Origin: Candidatus Shapirobacteria bacterium
Lineage (GTDB): Bacteria; Patescibacteriota; Microgenomatia; UBA12405; UBA6130
Direction of reading: 5' to 3'
Assembly (NCBI GenBank): GCA_027039485.1
Contig: JALWDZ010000026.1
Coordinates: forward strand, 1,093 to 65,092
DNA: 64,000 bases
Shown: piece after piece, positions 47,248-57,250 of the stretch
Position numbering within the stretch: position 1 is the stretch's first letter
Layout: each line of letters opens with the position of its first letter
The notes under the pieces: model-generated
What the model was told of the DNA's origin: nothing
What the model saw: the letters and a program-made list of their open reading frames with translations, nothing else
Database searches by the model: none
Made by a program: the position numbers and the translations under genes

Positions 47248-48479
47248 TTTGCTGGCGGTTGCCTTTGGCTAAGAAACCGATAACTCTTTTCGCCTTCTTC
47301 TCGAAGCCAGCGTGGCTGGTTTAGTCGCTTCATCAATGTTGCCACCAAACCGTTCAAAGAATGAACTCGCTCGCCCCCGCCCAGCTCCATCACTTCCCGC
47401 AGAACCGGCAAATCGTTAACAATAATCGGTTTCTTACGAGCCCAAGCTTCCATCACTACCAAACTCAATGATTCTGCCCGCGACGGATTGACCAAAACCC
47501 AAGCCCGGTCTAGAAGCTCTACTTTCTTTTTAGCTGACACCGGCCCTAAAATTTGCACATCCCGGCGAATTTTTACCGGTAAATGGCGATAAATTTCATC
47601 TATGACCGGCGAGTAGAGTGTCCGCGGCCCGGCAATCACCAACTTAGCTTCTCTGGCATTTTGAGACTGGCCTTTTTCTTTTAGCTGGCGAAAGGCTTCT
47701 AGTAACCAGTCTATTTGCTTGTGGGCTGCCTGACTTCCCAAAAACAAAATTAGCGGTGGCGAGGTAAACTTGGCCTTTTGTTTTTTGGTAAGCATAATTT
47801 CCCGGGCCAAATTGGCCGTCAAGACCATGATTTTCGCTTTACCAACACCAAGCCTCTGATACTGCTTCTTCTCATAATTGCTAAGGGCAACAATTTTATC
47901 TGCCTTCTGTAAGAGCCAACGGAAGCGTTTCTTCTGAAACCCGGCCTCTTGGCTGTGCCAACAGGGCACCAAGACAAAGCGGCTGCCCCATAAACGGGCC
48001 AAAAACCAGCCATAAAACGGGGCTAAAGTGGGGAAGGGTCCGCTAATCACTACCGCAAAATGCTGGCGCGGCCACCACTTAAGCCAAAGAAAAACCGGCC
48101 CCACCAACCGCCGCAAAATTGGCCGCCCCCAGCGCCAAGTCCAAAACCGGCGCACTTTTATTCCCCGAAAATAAGTATCGCGATAGCGCGGTTTCCACGG
48201 CTGCAAAAATTCATCGCTAGAACGGGCATCACTGGCCCAAATTTCCACCTGATGGCCTTGTTGTTTCAACTGCTGCGCCAGCCAAGACAAAAGGAACGAA
48301 CCGCCATCGCCTTGGGGGCGAAAAACATGGCTGAAGACCAAAATTTTCATTGCAAATGGCGCAATTGGGTCTGAAAAAATTGCTTGATTAAGCCATAATC
48401 GCCCCGGCGGGGCTGTAAAATCCAACTGCCATAATAAGGGTCTATTCCCGTCTCTAAAATCGCAGCATCGCCTTGCCAA
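47220..48479 (-). CDS. glycosyltransferase family 1
   Basis: MEAWARKKPIIVNDLPVLREVM motif. Confidence 0.65.
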   Translation of the reverse strand: MARRCCDFRDGNRPLLWQLDFTAPPGRLWLNQAIFSDPIAPFAMKILVFSHVFRPQGDGGSFLLSWLAQQLKQQGHQVEIWASDARSSDEFLQPWKPRYRDTYFRGIKVRRFWTWRWGRPILRRLVGPVFLWLKWWPRQHFAVVISGPFPTLAPFYGWFLARLWGSRFVLVPCWHSQEAGFQKKRFRWLLQKADKIVALSNYEKKQYQRLGVGKAKIMVLTANLAREIMLTKKQKAKFTSPPLILFLGSQAAHKQIDWLLEAFRQLKEKGQSQNAREAKLVIAGPRTLYSPVIDEIYRHLPVKIRRDVQILGPVSAKKKVELLDRAWVLVNPSRAESLSLVVMEAWARKKPIIVNDLPVLREVMELGGGERVHSLNGLVATLMKRLNQPRWLREEGEKSYRFLSQRQPPANWWLKLLGQ

Positions 48480-49411
48480 AGCAGCTCTTGGCGCAATGGC
48501 TGTTGTTTAATTGCCCGTCGCAGCCAGCGCCATTGGGCAATAGTTGCTAAAGTAACCCGCGGGCGAATGAGGATATTTTTTTGCACGAAATTATACATTT
48601 GTCCCAAGAAATAGGGTATTTGCCACCAAGGGCGGGCTTTAATAATTGTTTTCTCCAACGCCAAAAGAACTTCCTGCTGCCGCCTTTCCCGCGCCAAATC
48701 ATTGCCTTCTTGGGGATTACTGCTTTTACGGGAACGCATATATTCCAAAGCTCGCTGGCCGCTAAAATGGTGCCAACCCTTTTGGAAACTTACCGTCCGG
48801 ACACCATGGCTGCCATCATCGCGGGGAAAATGGCTATCCCGAAAGCTCCTTTCCACATAAATATCTATTCCCCCCAAAAAATCAATCAAATCGCGCACAT
48901 TAGCCATCGTTAACAGGGCAACTTGGTCGATCTTCTGACCGGTTAGCCGCTCCACTGTCGTTTTCAACAAGCCAAAGGGATGTTGGGGATCGCGCCGGCG
49001 GCCATAATAATAAAGGGCGTTTATTTTTGTCCGCTGGTCCTCCAGCCATAAATCGCGGGGAAGAGAAAAAAGCAAGCTTTTACCCGTCTTGGTATTAACG
49101 GTGACCAAAAGAATGGTATCGGTCAAAAGGGTCGGGTTATCGGGCCGCTGGTCAAGGCCTAGCAACAAAAACGAATGGTATTGGTTTCTGTCAGGATGCT
49201 GCCAGCCCCATTTTAAATCATGATAGAGCGCCGCCGGCTTTAGATGTGCTCCCCGGGCAAACTGCCAACCGGCCCAAAAGGAAAGGAAAACAGCAAAAAA
49301 AATAACTACCCCAACAACCAATAAACTAAAAATGGCCAACTTTTTAGCAATTTGAACCAGAAAAGGGATTACTTTTTGGCCAACCATGATAAGGGTTTTC
49401 TTGTTCGCCAT
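48347..49411 (-). CDS. LytR-CpsA-Psr (LCP) family protein
   Basis: N-terminal TM then LGLDQRPDNPTLLTDTILLVTVN...SLPRDLW, typical LCP core. Confidence 0.65.
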   Translation of the reverse strand: MANKKTLIMVGQKVIPFLVQIAKKLAIFSLLVVGVVIFFAVFLSFWAGWQFARGAHLKPAALYHDLKWGWQHPDRNQYHSFLLLGLDQRPDNPTLLTDTILLVTVNTKTGKSLLFSLPRDLWLEDQRTKINALYYYGRRRDPQHPFGLLKTTVERLTGQKIDQVALLTMANVRDLIDFLGGIDIYVERSFRDSHFPRDDGSHGVRTVSFQKGWHHFSGQRALEYMRSRKSSNPQEGNDLARERRQQEVLLALEKTIIKARPWWQIPYFLGQMYNFVQKNILIRPRVTLATIAQWRWLRRAIKQQPLRQELLWQGDAAILETGIDPYYGSWILQPRRGDYGLIKQFFQTQLRHLQ

Positions 49412-50538
49412 ATCGTGGGTAATTCTAACAAATTCTTAGCTAACCACCAAAACGTTGCCGGCCATAATTTCAGCGGCGTAGTTTTCAAAAGATAACTAAA
49501 ATTGCGCCCCCGCTCTAAGAGGATCGGCCACCAATAACGGCGCCAGGTTCGAGAAGGATAGTTCTTGATTAGCAGCCACCACCAATTGCGCACCGTCATC
49601 CGCTGGCGCAAATTTCCCATCTTCCGGCTCGTGGCTCCACCCTGGTGATAAGCTACCAACTGGGGCAAAAAAAGCATCTGCCAGCCCCTTTCCCGCAACC
49701 GCAGAGCCAGATCGACATCTTCTAAATAAGCAAAAAAGCGTTCATCAAAACCGCCAGCAGCCAAAAAAGCGTCCCGGCGATAAACTACCGCCGCCCCATT
49801 AAGGCCATCCGCCAAATGCGGTTTTTTTAGCCAGGCTTTAAATTTTTTTCGTGCCTCCGACCATTTCCAACCATTGGCAATATTTTCCGCCCGACCCGGC
49901 AAAAAATACCGTAACCCTAAACTTTCAACCCGGCGGCCAGTTCGATCTAGCACTATTCCGCCAAAGGCGGCCACCCGCTGTTGCCGGTATTGCCATAGGA
50001 TTAGCTCTAAATTCGCCAGCCAATTATCAGCCAGGCGCACATCATCATTCAAGACCAAAAGATAATCGCCCCGGGCCGCCTTTGCCCCCTGATTCACCGC
50101 TCTCGCAAAACCAAGGTTTGTTTTATTAAAAATAGTTTTGATTACTATGCCAGGGGGTATGGAGAAGACGCTATCATCATGTTGGTTGTTCTCACCTTCA
50201 TTGTTGTTCCATGATTTTCTTCTCTCTTTTTTGTTTGGAATTTGAGGTTTGTAATTTTGATATTGTTTGTAATTTGCCTGCCTGCGCAGGCAGGGTGCTT
50301 GGTGCTTGGAATTTAATTCCTTGAGGAATTCTTTACTGCCATCATGAGAATTGTTATCAATGATGATTATTTCTAGGTTTTGTATTTGGTCATTTAAATT
50401 TTGATATTGTTTGTAATTTGCCTGCCTGCGCAGGCAGGGGATTTGGGATTTGGAATTTACAGCCCTAAAAAGGCTGTTGAGGCATTCTTGGAGAAGGTCT
50501 CGTCCCTGGAAATGGGGAATAATAACCGAAAGTTTCAT
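49369..50538 (-). CDS. glycosyltransferase family 2 carrying two in-frame repeat-derived insertions
   Basis: GT2 N-terminus (LSVIIPHF...CLNSL) and core (EIIIIDNNSHDGS, NLGFARAVNQG, ED motif). Two low-complexity inserts encode SKSQIPCLRRQANYKQYQN... Confidence 0.7.
   Translation of the reverse strand: MKLSVIIPHFQGRDLLQECLNSLFRAVNSKSQIPCLRRQANYKQYQNLNDQIQNLEIIIIDNNSHDGSKEFLKELNSKHQAPCLRRQANYKQYQNYKPQIPNKKERRKSWNNNEGENNQHDDSVFSIPPGIVIKTIFNKTNLGFARAVNQGAKAARGDYLLVLNDDVRLADNWLANLELILWQYRQQRVAAFGGIVLDRTGRRVESLGLRYFLPGRAENIANGWKWSEARKKFKAWLKKPHLADGLNGAAVVYRRDAFLAAGGFDERFFAYLEDVDLALRLRERGWQMLFLPQLVAYHQGGATSRKMGNLRQRMTVRNWWWLLIKNYPSRTWRRYWWPILLERGRNFSYLLKTTPLKLWPATFWWLAKNLLELPTIWRTRKPLSWLAKK
50140..50460. 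repeat. repeat-element-derived segment inside the GT2 gene (two copies of the palindrome CCTGCCTGCGCAGGCAGG plus ggatttgg k-mers)
   Basis: tttgatattgtttgtaatttgcctgcctgcgcaggcagg occurs twice (about 50268 and 50414). Near-identical to 53624..53900. Confidence 0.75.
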
Positions 50539-51596
50539 TGGCCGACCTTAAACTCAACGACATCGCCGTCTTTCATCAGATATTCCCTGCCTTCGCTGCG
50601 GACTTTCCCAGCCGCCCGAGCTTTTTCCCAACCCCCTAATTCCACAAAGGTTGGATAATCAACGACATCGGCCCGGATAAATTTTTTGGCAAAATCAGAA
50701 TGAATTGTCCCGGCCGCCGTTACTGCTGTTGCCCCCTGTCTAATCGTCCAGGCCCGGACCTCTTTCCGGCCGGCTGTCAAAAAAGAAATCAAGTTAAGCT
50801 TTTGATAAGCCAAGGCGACCAGCCGATCCAAGCCGGATGTTGCAAAACCTAGCTCTTGCAAATATGCCCGCCGTTCCGCCTCCGAAAAAGCTCCCAATTC
50901 TGCTTCAACCCGCGCCGAAAGGGGTAGAACTGGCTGCCAGCGAAAACCGGCTAAAATTTGCTCCCGATCTTTTAACTGCTCCTCACTCAAGTTGGCAACA
51001 TAAATCACCGGTTTGGCGGTCAGAAGAAACAGGCGCTGGCTCGCCTGGCGCTCCTCGGGCGTTAAGCCAACCTCACGCGCCGGTTGGCCTTGGTCCAAAC
51101 CCTGGCGCAATTTTTCCACCGCCCGCCAAAAAATTTTCTCCTCGTCGCTAGCTCCCGGCCGCGGCGGTTTTTGCTTTTCCAAAGTCTGCAAATCAGCCAA
51201 AAGCAACTCGTTTTCAATCACGGCAATATCATCAGCCGGGTTCTTTCCCGTCCGCGGTATCTGCTTATCATCAAAAAAGCGCACCACCTCAACAATCAAC
51301 GAAACCTCCCGAATATGGGCCAAAAATTGGTTTCCCAATCCCTCACCATGGGCCGCCCCCTTCACTAGGCCGGCAATGTCGACAAACTCCACCACCGCTG
51401 GCACTATTTTTTCCGTTTTGACAATTGCCGCCAGTTTTTCCAGGCGCGGATCGGGCACCGGCACAACTCCTGTATTAGGCTCAATCGTGCAAAAAGGATA
51501 GGGGGCCACACCAGCTACCTGCTTTTTTAAAAGGGCATTAAAAAGAGTAGATTTGCCAACATTGGGCAACCCGACAATCCCCACGCTTAATTTCAT
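50535..51596 (-). CDS. ychF: ribosome-binding ATPase YchF (Obg-family GTPase)
   Basis: MKLSVGIVGLPNVGKSTLFNAL G1 motif, C-terminal TGS domain. Confidence 0.9.
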   Translation of the reverse strand: MKLSVGIVGLPNVGKSTLFNALLKKQVAGVAPYPFCTIEPNTGVVPVPDPRLEKLAAIVKTEKIVPAVVEFVDIAGLVKGAAHGEGLGNQFLAHIREVSLIVEVVRFFDDKQIPRTGKNPADDIAVIENELLLADLQTLEKQKPPRPGASDEEKIFWRAVEKLRQGLDQGQPAREVGLTPEERQASQRLFLLTAKPVIYVANLSEEQLKDREQILAGFRWQPVLPLSARVEAELGAFSEAERRAYLQELGFATSGLDRLVALAYQKLNLISFLTAGRKEVRAWTIRQGATAVTAAGTIHSDFAKKFIRADVVDYPTFVELGGWEKARAAGKVRSEGREYLMKDGDVVEFKVGQ

Positions 51597-51632
51597 TTTC
51601 CAATTTTACCACCCCCGTTTACCCTGTTATAA

Positions 51633-52949
51633 TTGCCTATGCTTGCCAATATTTTCATCAATTTCTTGGCCCAAGGTTATCTTTTCCTCATTTCGTTTTT
51701 TACCCTGCCAGCCATCCTCCACTATCTCGGCAAGGAACAATTCGGCTTTTTAGCCTTAGCCGCCGCTCTCCTCAATTACGCCACTACTTTCGACTTTGGC
51801 TTTGGGGCCGCCCTTACCCAACGGGTAGCTTACCTCCACTCCCAAAACCGCCGCCAGCAACTAAAAACCACCATCCAAACTGGCTTTTTAACCTACACTC
51901 TCCTAGCCGCCGCCATTATCATTTCCCTTGATCTTTTCGCCCAGCCTATCCTTCACCTCTTTAACCTTTCACCCCAACTTTTTGGCCAGGCCCAGAAAAT
52001 CATGCCCCTCATCGCCCTTAACATCGGCCTTTACTTCCCCACCATTTTTGCCGCCAGCATTTTCCAGGCCGAAAACCATTTCTGGCGCTATAATTTGCGC
52101 ACTTTTATCGTTGGCACTGCCAATACCCTCGGCGTTTTTTTCCTCGCTAGCCGCCACTTTCCCCTCATTGCCATTTTCCAACTCCAAACCGCCGCCTTAC
52201 TTCTTACTTTAGCCCTCGATTTCTGGCTCCTCCGCTCCTACCTGGCTTATCCCCACTTTTCCCGCCGCCATTTTCTTCAACTCGGCCGCTTCGCCCTTTT
52301 TAAATTTCTGAGCAACACCGCCGGCCAAATCAGCACCCAATTCCCCAAATTTTTCCTTGCTTCCCTGGTCAATGTCGCCAGCGTCAGTTATTTCACCGTC
52401 CCTTTTTCTCTCATCCAAAAACTAGGGGTCATCCTTTCCCAAATCTACATCGTTTTCTTCCCCAAGATAGCCCACCTCAACGGCCGCCAGCAATCGGCAA
52501 AAATCCGCCGCCTTTTCCAACGGGGCCAACTTCTGGTCGCCATCATTACCATCCCTGCTATTGCCTTGGGCTTCTGGCTTGGGCCACTTTTCCTCAACTG
52601 GTGGCTGAAAGATCCCCAATTTGTCCGGCAAATCTTGCCCGTCTTTAATATTCTTCTCGTTTACTTTCTGGTCCACGCTTTCACGGCCATTCCGGTGGCT
52701 ATTCTTGAAGGCATTAACCAACCCCAACTGCCGGCTCTTTTAGCTTGGATTAATGCCGCTATCACCATCGGCGGCGGTTATTTCCTTATCAAACGCCTAG
52801 CCGCTCCCGGCGCTGCTCTCACTCTTCTCGGTTACACCCTTGTCACCGGACCTTCGGTTATCCTTCTCGCCTGGCGCAGCTTAAAAATCCCAAAGCCAGC
52901 GCCAAAGCCGCCACTGGACCTTAGCTCTAGTCAACCGCTCCCGCAATAA
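51633..52949 (+). CDS. oligosaccharide flippase (Wzx/MOP superfamily) polysaccharide biosynthesis protein
   Basis: 438 aa, about 12-14 TM, typical Wzx organisation. Confidence 0.6.
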   Translation: MPMLANIFINFLAQGYLFLISFFTLPAILHYLGKEQFGFLALAAALLNYATTFDFGFGAALTQRVAYLHSQNRRQQLKTTIQTGFLTYTLLAAAIIISLDLFAQPILHLFNLSPQLFGQAQKIMPLIALNIGLYFPTIFAASIFQAENHFWRYNLRTFIVGTANTLGVFFLASRHFPLIAIFQLQTAALLLTLALDFWLLRSYLAYPHFSRRHFLQLGRFALFKFLSNTAGQISTQFPKFFLASLVNVASVSYFTVPFSLIQKLGVILSQIYIVFFPKIAHLNGRQQSAKIRRLFQRGQLLVAIITIPAIALGFWLGPLFLNWWLKDPQFVRQILPVFNILLVYFLVHAFTAIPVAILEGINQPQLPALLAWINAAITIGGGYFLIKRLAAPGAALTLLGYTLVTGPSVILLAWRSLKIPKPAPKPPLDLSSSQPLPQ

Positions 52950-53987
52950 TTGGGCAAAAGCATTGCCCAAAAAAGTAAAACTTAAAACAAGACGATAAAG
53001 CCAAAGCGGGTAATGGTGCTTTCGTAAAAATAGGAAAAGCGAGGCAAAATAGCGCCGGTAAAATTGCCACCGCTCTTTCATTTTCCAATTTTTCCAACTC
53101 CCACCGCCAAAGTGAATTATTTCCGCCGCTGGCACCACCACCAACTTACCCAATCCTAATTTTTTAACTCGGTACGACCAGTCAACATCTTCAAAAAAGA
53201 AAAAATAATCCTCGTCAAGGCCTTTTGTTTTTTGCCAAACTGTCCGCCGAGCCAGCAAAGCTGCCCCCGGCAATTGTTCAACTGGCGTTGGCATTTTGCT
53301 CACCTGGCTAAAGACCAGCCACTTTAGCGGCGTGGCTGTCACCAGCCAGCGGCCGGCCAGGCTATGGTAAAACGCCATTTGCCAAAGGTTAGGAAAACGC
53401 ATATAGTAGCGCTGCTGAAAACTGCCGTCGGGGTTTAATAACCTAGGAGACACGGCGGCCACATCGCCATGTTTTTCTAAATAGCCCACCATCTTCTCTA
53501 AGGCTCCCTTCTTAACAATAGTATCTGAATTAAGAAGAAGGATATATTTGCCTCTGGCAATTCTTATTCCTTGGTTGTTAGCCTTTGCAAAACCAAGGTT
53601 TGTTTTATTAAAGATAGTTTTAATGGCTATGCCCTGGGGTATAGAAAAAATACCACTGTGTCGGTTATTTTCACTTTCACTGTCATTCTGAGATTTTCTT
53701 CTTTTCTTTTTGTTTAGAATTTGAGATTTGGGATTTGGAATTTGGGATTTGGAATTTAATTCCTTGAGGAATTCTTTACTGCCATCATGAGAATTATTAT
53801 CAATGATGATTATTTCCATGTTTTGAATTTGGTCATTTAAATTTTGATATTGTTTGTAATTTCCCTGCCTGCGCAGGCAGGGAATTTGGGATTTGGAATT
53901 TACAGCCTCAAAAAGGCTGTTGAGGCATTGTTGGAGGAGATCCTTAGTGTTGTAATTGACAATGATAATGGAGAGGAGAGGACTCAT
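52881..53987 (-). CDS. glycosyltransferase family 2 carrying in-frame repeat-derived insertions (paralog of 49369..50538)
   Basis: LSIIIVNYNTKDLLQQCLNSL, EIIIIDNNSHDGS, NLGFAKANNQG, DEDYFFFFEDVDW. Inserts encode SKSQIPCLRRQGNYKQYQN... and SQIPNPKSQILNKKKRRKS... Confidence 0.7.
   Translation of the reverse strand: MSPLLSIIIVNYNTKDLLQQCLNSLFEAVNSKSQIPCLRRQGNYKQYQNLNDQIQNMEIIIIDNNSHDGSKEFLKELNSKSQIPNPKSQILNKKKRRKSQNDSESENNRHSGIFSIPQGIAIKTIFNKTNLGFAKANNQGIRIARGKYILLLNSDTIVKKGALEKMVGYLEKHGDVAAVSPRLLNPDGSFQQRYYMRFPNLWQMAFYHSLAGRWLVTATPLKWLVFSQVSKMPTPVEQLPGAALLARRTVWQKTKGLDEDYFFFFEDVDWSYRVKKLGLGKLVVVPAAEIIHFGGGSWKNWKMKERWQFYRRYFASLFLFLRKHHYPLWLYRLVLSFTFLGNAFAQLLRERLTRAKVQWRLWRWLWDF
53624..53900. 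repeat. repeat-element-derived segment inside the GT2 gene (palindrome CCTGCCTGCGCAGGCAGG, tandem gggatttggaattt)
   Basis: Near-identical at nucleotide level to the 50140..50460 segment (e.g. gaatttaattccttgaggaattctttactgccatcatgagaatt). Confidence 0.75.
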
Positions 53988-55231
53988 TTTTGCCGCAAAA
54001 TTCGGTAGACAAACAAATTATTAATCACTAGCCCATACGCCTCGCCAACGACCATCGCCCAGGCGGCTCCGACAACCCCCCAATGGGCAATCAAATACCA
54101 ACCACCAACAAGCATCACCAAAAAATTGGAAAAAGCCCAAGGCAAAAACTGCTTTACCCGGTCTGAATTATGAATTATATTGCCCGGCAAAGCGTTGACG
54201 AAAAAGAGAATAAGCGCCCCACCTAAAATGCGGAAAAGGGGCACCGCCGGGAGATAGCGGGGACCATAAAGAATCAAAACCAGCAGGCGGCCAGCAAAAA
54301 TAAAAACCGCGCTTAAAGGAAGAGCCAAAAGCAAAAGGCCCAACCAAAGGCGCAAATATAATCTTGGCAAATCACGGTGGCGCTGACGCAAAAGGCGCGC
54401 CGAGAGTGGGAAAAAAGCCACCGCTACCCCTTGGGGAATAACAATGCCCGCCTCGACAAATTTCCCCGCTGCCCCATAAATGCCCGCCCAATAATTTCCC
54501 AAAAGGCGGCCAACCAAAATAATTGGCAGGCGCAAATAAAAAACAGCCAGCACTAAAAGAACGGCAAAAACCCAAGCTTGGCTTAATGCTCGGCGGGCAA
54601 ATTGCCAATCTAAACGCCAAGACCAATGGGGCAAACGGTAAAACAACAGTAAAAAGCCAAAAAGAAAAAGGTAGGCCAACAAATAACCGGCCAAAACTAC
54701 CGCCAGAGGTTGGTGCCACCAAGCTGCCAGGACGGAAAACAAGCCCGAGCCAAAAGACATAGCCAAGGTTGCCCCAGCGGCGAACCAGGGGCGTTCCCGG
54801 CCATTTTCTACCGCTCCGATAATATTGAGCAAATTGGCCGGGGCCAGGGCCGCTTCGAAAACAAACAGCAGCCAAAGCCCCCGCCCGCGTACACCGATAA
54901 GCCAGGCAGCTAGCAAAGTTATAACCACGGTGGCCACGGCCAGCCACAAACGCAACGGCAACAGCTTGGCCAAAAAATCCGGCGCCTCCCGAGGATGGCG
55001 GGCAACCCAGCGCAACGCCAGGCGCTCCAAGCCAAAGTCAGCTAAGGGGTAAAAATTGTAGCCAAAGCTAATCGTCCACAACAAAAGGCCAAAATCCGGC
55101 ACCGCCAGTAATCTTGCCAGCAATAGGAAAAAAAGAAAACCTAAAGCTCGAGCAGCGATTTGCGCCCCAGAAAGGACGGCGCTGTTTAACAAGAGCTTTT
55201 TCATTCCTGCGAAAATAATTGGTCTTGCCAC
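53984..55231 (-). CDS. polysaccharide-biosynthesis polytopic membrane protein (Wzx/MATE-like flippase)
   Basis: 415 aa, about 12 TM, N-terminal [16 protein letters not shown] typical of MOP flippases. Confidence 0.5.
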   Translation of the reverse strand: MARPIIFAGMKKLLLNSAVLSGAQIAARALGFLFFLLLARLLAVPDFGLLLWTISFGYNFYPLADFGLERLALRWVARHPREAPDFLAKLLPLRLWLAVATVVITLLAAWLIGVRGRGLWLLFVFEAALAPANLLNIIGAVENGRERPWFAAGATLAMSFGSGLFSVLAAWWHQPLAVVLAGYLLAYLFLFGFLLLFYRLPHWSWRLDWQFARRALSQAWVFAVLLVLAVFYLRLPIILVGRLLGNYWAGIYGAAGKFVEAGIVIPQGVAVAFFPLSARLLRQRHRDLPRLYLRLWLGLLLLALPLSAVFIFAGRLLVLILYGPRYLPAVPLFRILGGALILFFVNALPGNIIHNSDRVKQFLPWAFSNFLVMLVGGWYLIAHWGVVGAAWAMVVGEAYGLVINNLFVYRILRQK

Positions 55232-56256
55232 CCTGGCGGCAGGGGTAATTTTAAGAGTTGGAACGCCCGCCGGGTGAGCATCCGCCCCCGCGGTGTCCGT
55301 TTCAAAAAGCCGGCCTGCAAGAGAAACGGCTCGTAAACTTCCCGAACTGTCCCCACATCTTCATTAAGCATCGCCGCTAAAGTTTCCAGCCCGACCGGCC
55401 CGCCCTGATGCTCTCGGGCCAATGTTTGCAAGAGATGACGATCAGTCTTGGTCAACCCCTGTTCGTCAATAGCCATCATTGCCAATGCCTCGCGGACCAC
55501 ATTTACTGTTACCTGGCCATTAGCCTCAATTTCGGCAAAATCGCGCACCCGCCGCAAAAGGCGATTGGCAATGCGGGGCGTGCCCCGGGAGCGGCGGGCA
55601 ATCTCTAAAGCGGCCGCCTCACCAATAGCCAAGCCCAAAACTCGCGCCGAACGGATGACGATTTTTTGCAAATCCTCGTTCGAATAAAAAGCTAACCGCT
55701 GGACCAATCCAAAACGGTCGCGCATCGGCGACGAAAGCAGGCCAATTCGAGTGGTTGCTCCAATCACCGTAAAATGGTTCAAATCAAGCCGTAAACTCCG
55801 CGCCGCCGGGCCTTTACCCAAAACCAAATCCAGCTTAAAGTCTTCCATCGCCGGATAAAGCGTTTCTTCAACTGATTTATGGAGGCGATGAATTTCGTCG
55901 ATAAAAAAAATGTCGCCTTCTTCTAGCGAAGTTAGAATTGAGGCTAAATCGCCGGCCCTTTCCAGAGCTGGCCCCGAAGTGACCCGAATATCCACCCCCA
56001 TTTCCTTTGCCAAAAGGGTAGCCAAGGTAGTTTTTCCCAACCCCGGCGGCCCATAAAAAAGGAGATGGTCCAAGGGCTCGTGGCGCTTCCGGGCTGCATT
56101 GATGATAATCCGCAGCTGGCGCTTTAAATTCGGCTGGCCAATAAAATCCCGCAAACTCTGCGGCCGCAAGGAAAGCTCGGCCCCCTTTTCTTCTTCGTCG
56201 ACTAATTTTTTCAAGACATCAGCGCCCATAACTTTTCCCCAATTTTTGTAACGCAA
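55201..56256 (-). CDS. ruvB: Holliday junction branch-migration helicase RuvB
   Basis: AAA+ Walker [12 protein letters not shown], sensor and winged-helix C-terminus. Confidence 0.9.
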   Translation of the reverse strand: MRYKNWGKVMGADVLKKLVDEEEKGAELSLRPQSLRDFIGQPNLKRQLRIIINAARKRHEPLDHLLFYGPPGLGKTTLATLLAKEMGVDIRVTSGPALERAGDLASILTSLEEGDIFFIDEIHRLHKSVEETLYPAMEDFKLDLVLGKGPAARSLRLDLNHFTVIGATTRIGLLSSPMRDRFGLVQRLAFYSNEDLQKIVIRSARVLGLAIGEAAALEIARRSRGTPRIANRLLRRVRDFAEIEANGQVTVNVVREALAMMAIDEQGLTKTDRHLLQTLAREHQGGPVGLETLAAMLNEDVGTVREVYEPFLLQAGFLKRTPRGRMLTRRAFQLLKLPLPPGWQDQLFSQE

Positions 56257-56803
56257 ATTTTACTATTTCCTCAGTTGCCGTCACTTCTTGGGGCAAATCC
56301 CGCAAAGCTTGGTCGATTTCCGCCCGTTGGAAGCCCAAATTGCGCAAAGCTTGATAAACCTCTTCATTGCCGCCCTGGCCGGTACGCAAATCGAGGCTTT
56401 TCACCTCGCCCACTTTAGTTTTCAAATCGACAATAATCCGCTGGGCGCCCTTGCGACCAATTCCTTTCACCTGCTGAAAAAAAGCCACATCGGCTTCGGC
56501 AATTGCCCGCAAAATTCGCTCGCCATTGCCAACGGCAAAAATTTCTAAAGCTGTCCGGGGACCAACGCCGCTTACCGAAAGCAAAAGCTGAAATACTTCC
56601 CGGTCGCGGGCTTGCAGAAAGCCATAAAGATCGCTACTGTTTTCGGCTACATAATGGGCAATAAAAAGCTTGGCTTCCTTCCCTACTGCCAGTTTGCCTA
56701 AATCACGCCGGGAAAGAAAAACAAACCAGCCAATTCCCATTGTTTCAATTTCCACCCAGCCATCCCCTTTATTAGTCACCGGCCCCCGCAGACTGCCAAT
56801 CAT
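56219..56803 (-). CDS. ruvA: Holliday junction DNA-binding protein RuvA
   Basis: MIGSLRG start, OB domain, two HhH motifs ([12 protein letters not shown]...[13 protein letters not shown]), C-terminal domain III. Confidence 0.8.
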   Translation of the reverse strand: MIGSLRGPVTNKGDGWVEIETMGIGWFVFLSRRDLGKLAVGKEAKLFIAHYVAENSSDLYGFLQARDREVFQLLLSVSGVGPRTALEIFAVGNGERILRAIAEADVAFFQQVKGIGRKGAQRIIVDLKTKVGEVKSLDLRTGQGGNEEVYQALRNLGFQRAEIDQALRDLPQEVTATEEIVKFALQKLGKSYGR

Positions 56804-56889
56804 ATTTCTATTATAGCAGGCTGACGCCAACTACCAACAAACAACTGACCAACAACAGAAAGTAATTCCATTTACCTCGTCATGCTGAA

Positions 56890-57250
56890 ACCTACCTGTG
56901 CAGGCAGGCAATACTAAAATCCTAAATTCAAAATCCTAAACTATAAACAAATTCAAATGACCAAAATCCAAATGTTCTAAACATTTCTTTTTCTTTGCCT
57001 TTTTCTTTTGTTTTGGTCATTTGGTTATTTAATCATTTGGTAATTGTTTAGGATTTGGGTCATTAGGATTTAGGATTTGTTTGTGATTTGGTGTTTGGGA
57101 TTTGGAATTTGGTGCTTTTTTGACCTAGTTCCTCCAACCTAGCTCTTAGTTCCACTTTAACTTCTTTTCCACTTTACACTTGAATTTTTCACTTCCTTAG
57201 CCCTTCGCCCTTAGCTCTTAGCCCCTTCTTACCTAGTTCCTAGTTCCAAT
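56890..57250. repeat. nested-palindrome MITE/REPIN-like element (no GC core; degenerate CCTG...CAGG palindrome at left end)
   Basis: Arms ...aaaatcctaaattcaaaatcctaaactataaac.../...ggatttgggtcattaggatttaggatttg. Contains gtgtttgggatttggaatttgg, the same k-mers as the GT inserts. Long cctagttcctag tract. Confidence 0.8.

Noticed and set aside
54372-54947. Nested ORFs inside the flippase gene 53984..55231 (54372..54947 -, 54523..54762 +, 54710..54913 +, 54825..55052 +)
   Set aside because: These are alternative-frame ORFs within a GC-rich membrane-protein gene, with Arg/Gly/Pro-rich low-complexity translations typical of off-frame reads.
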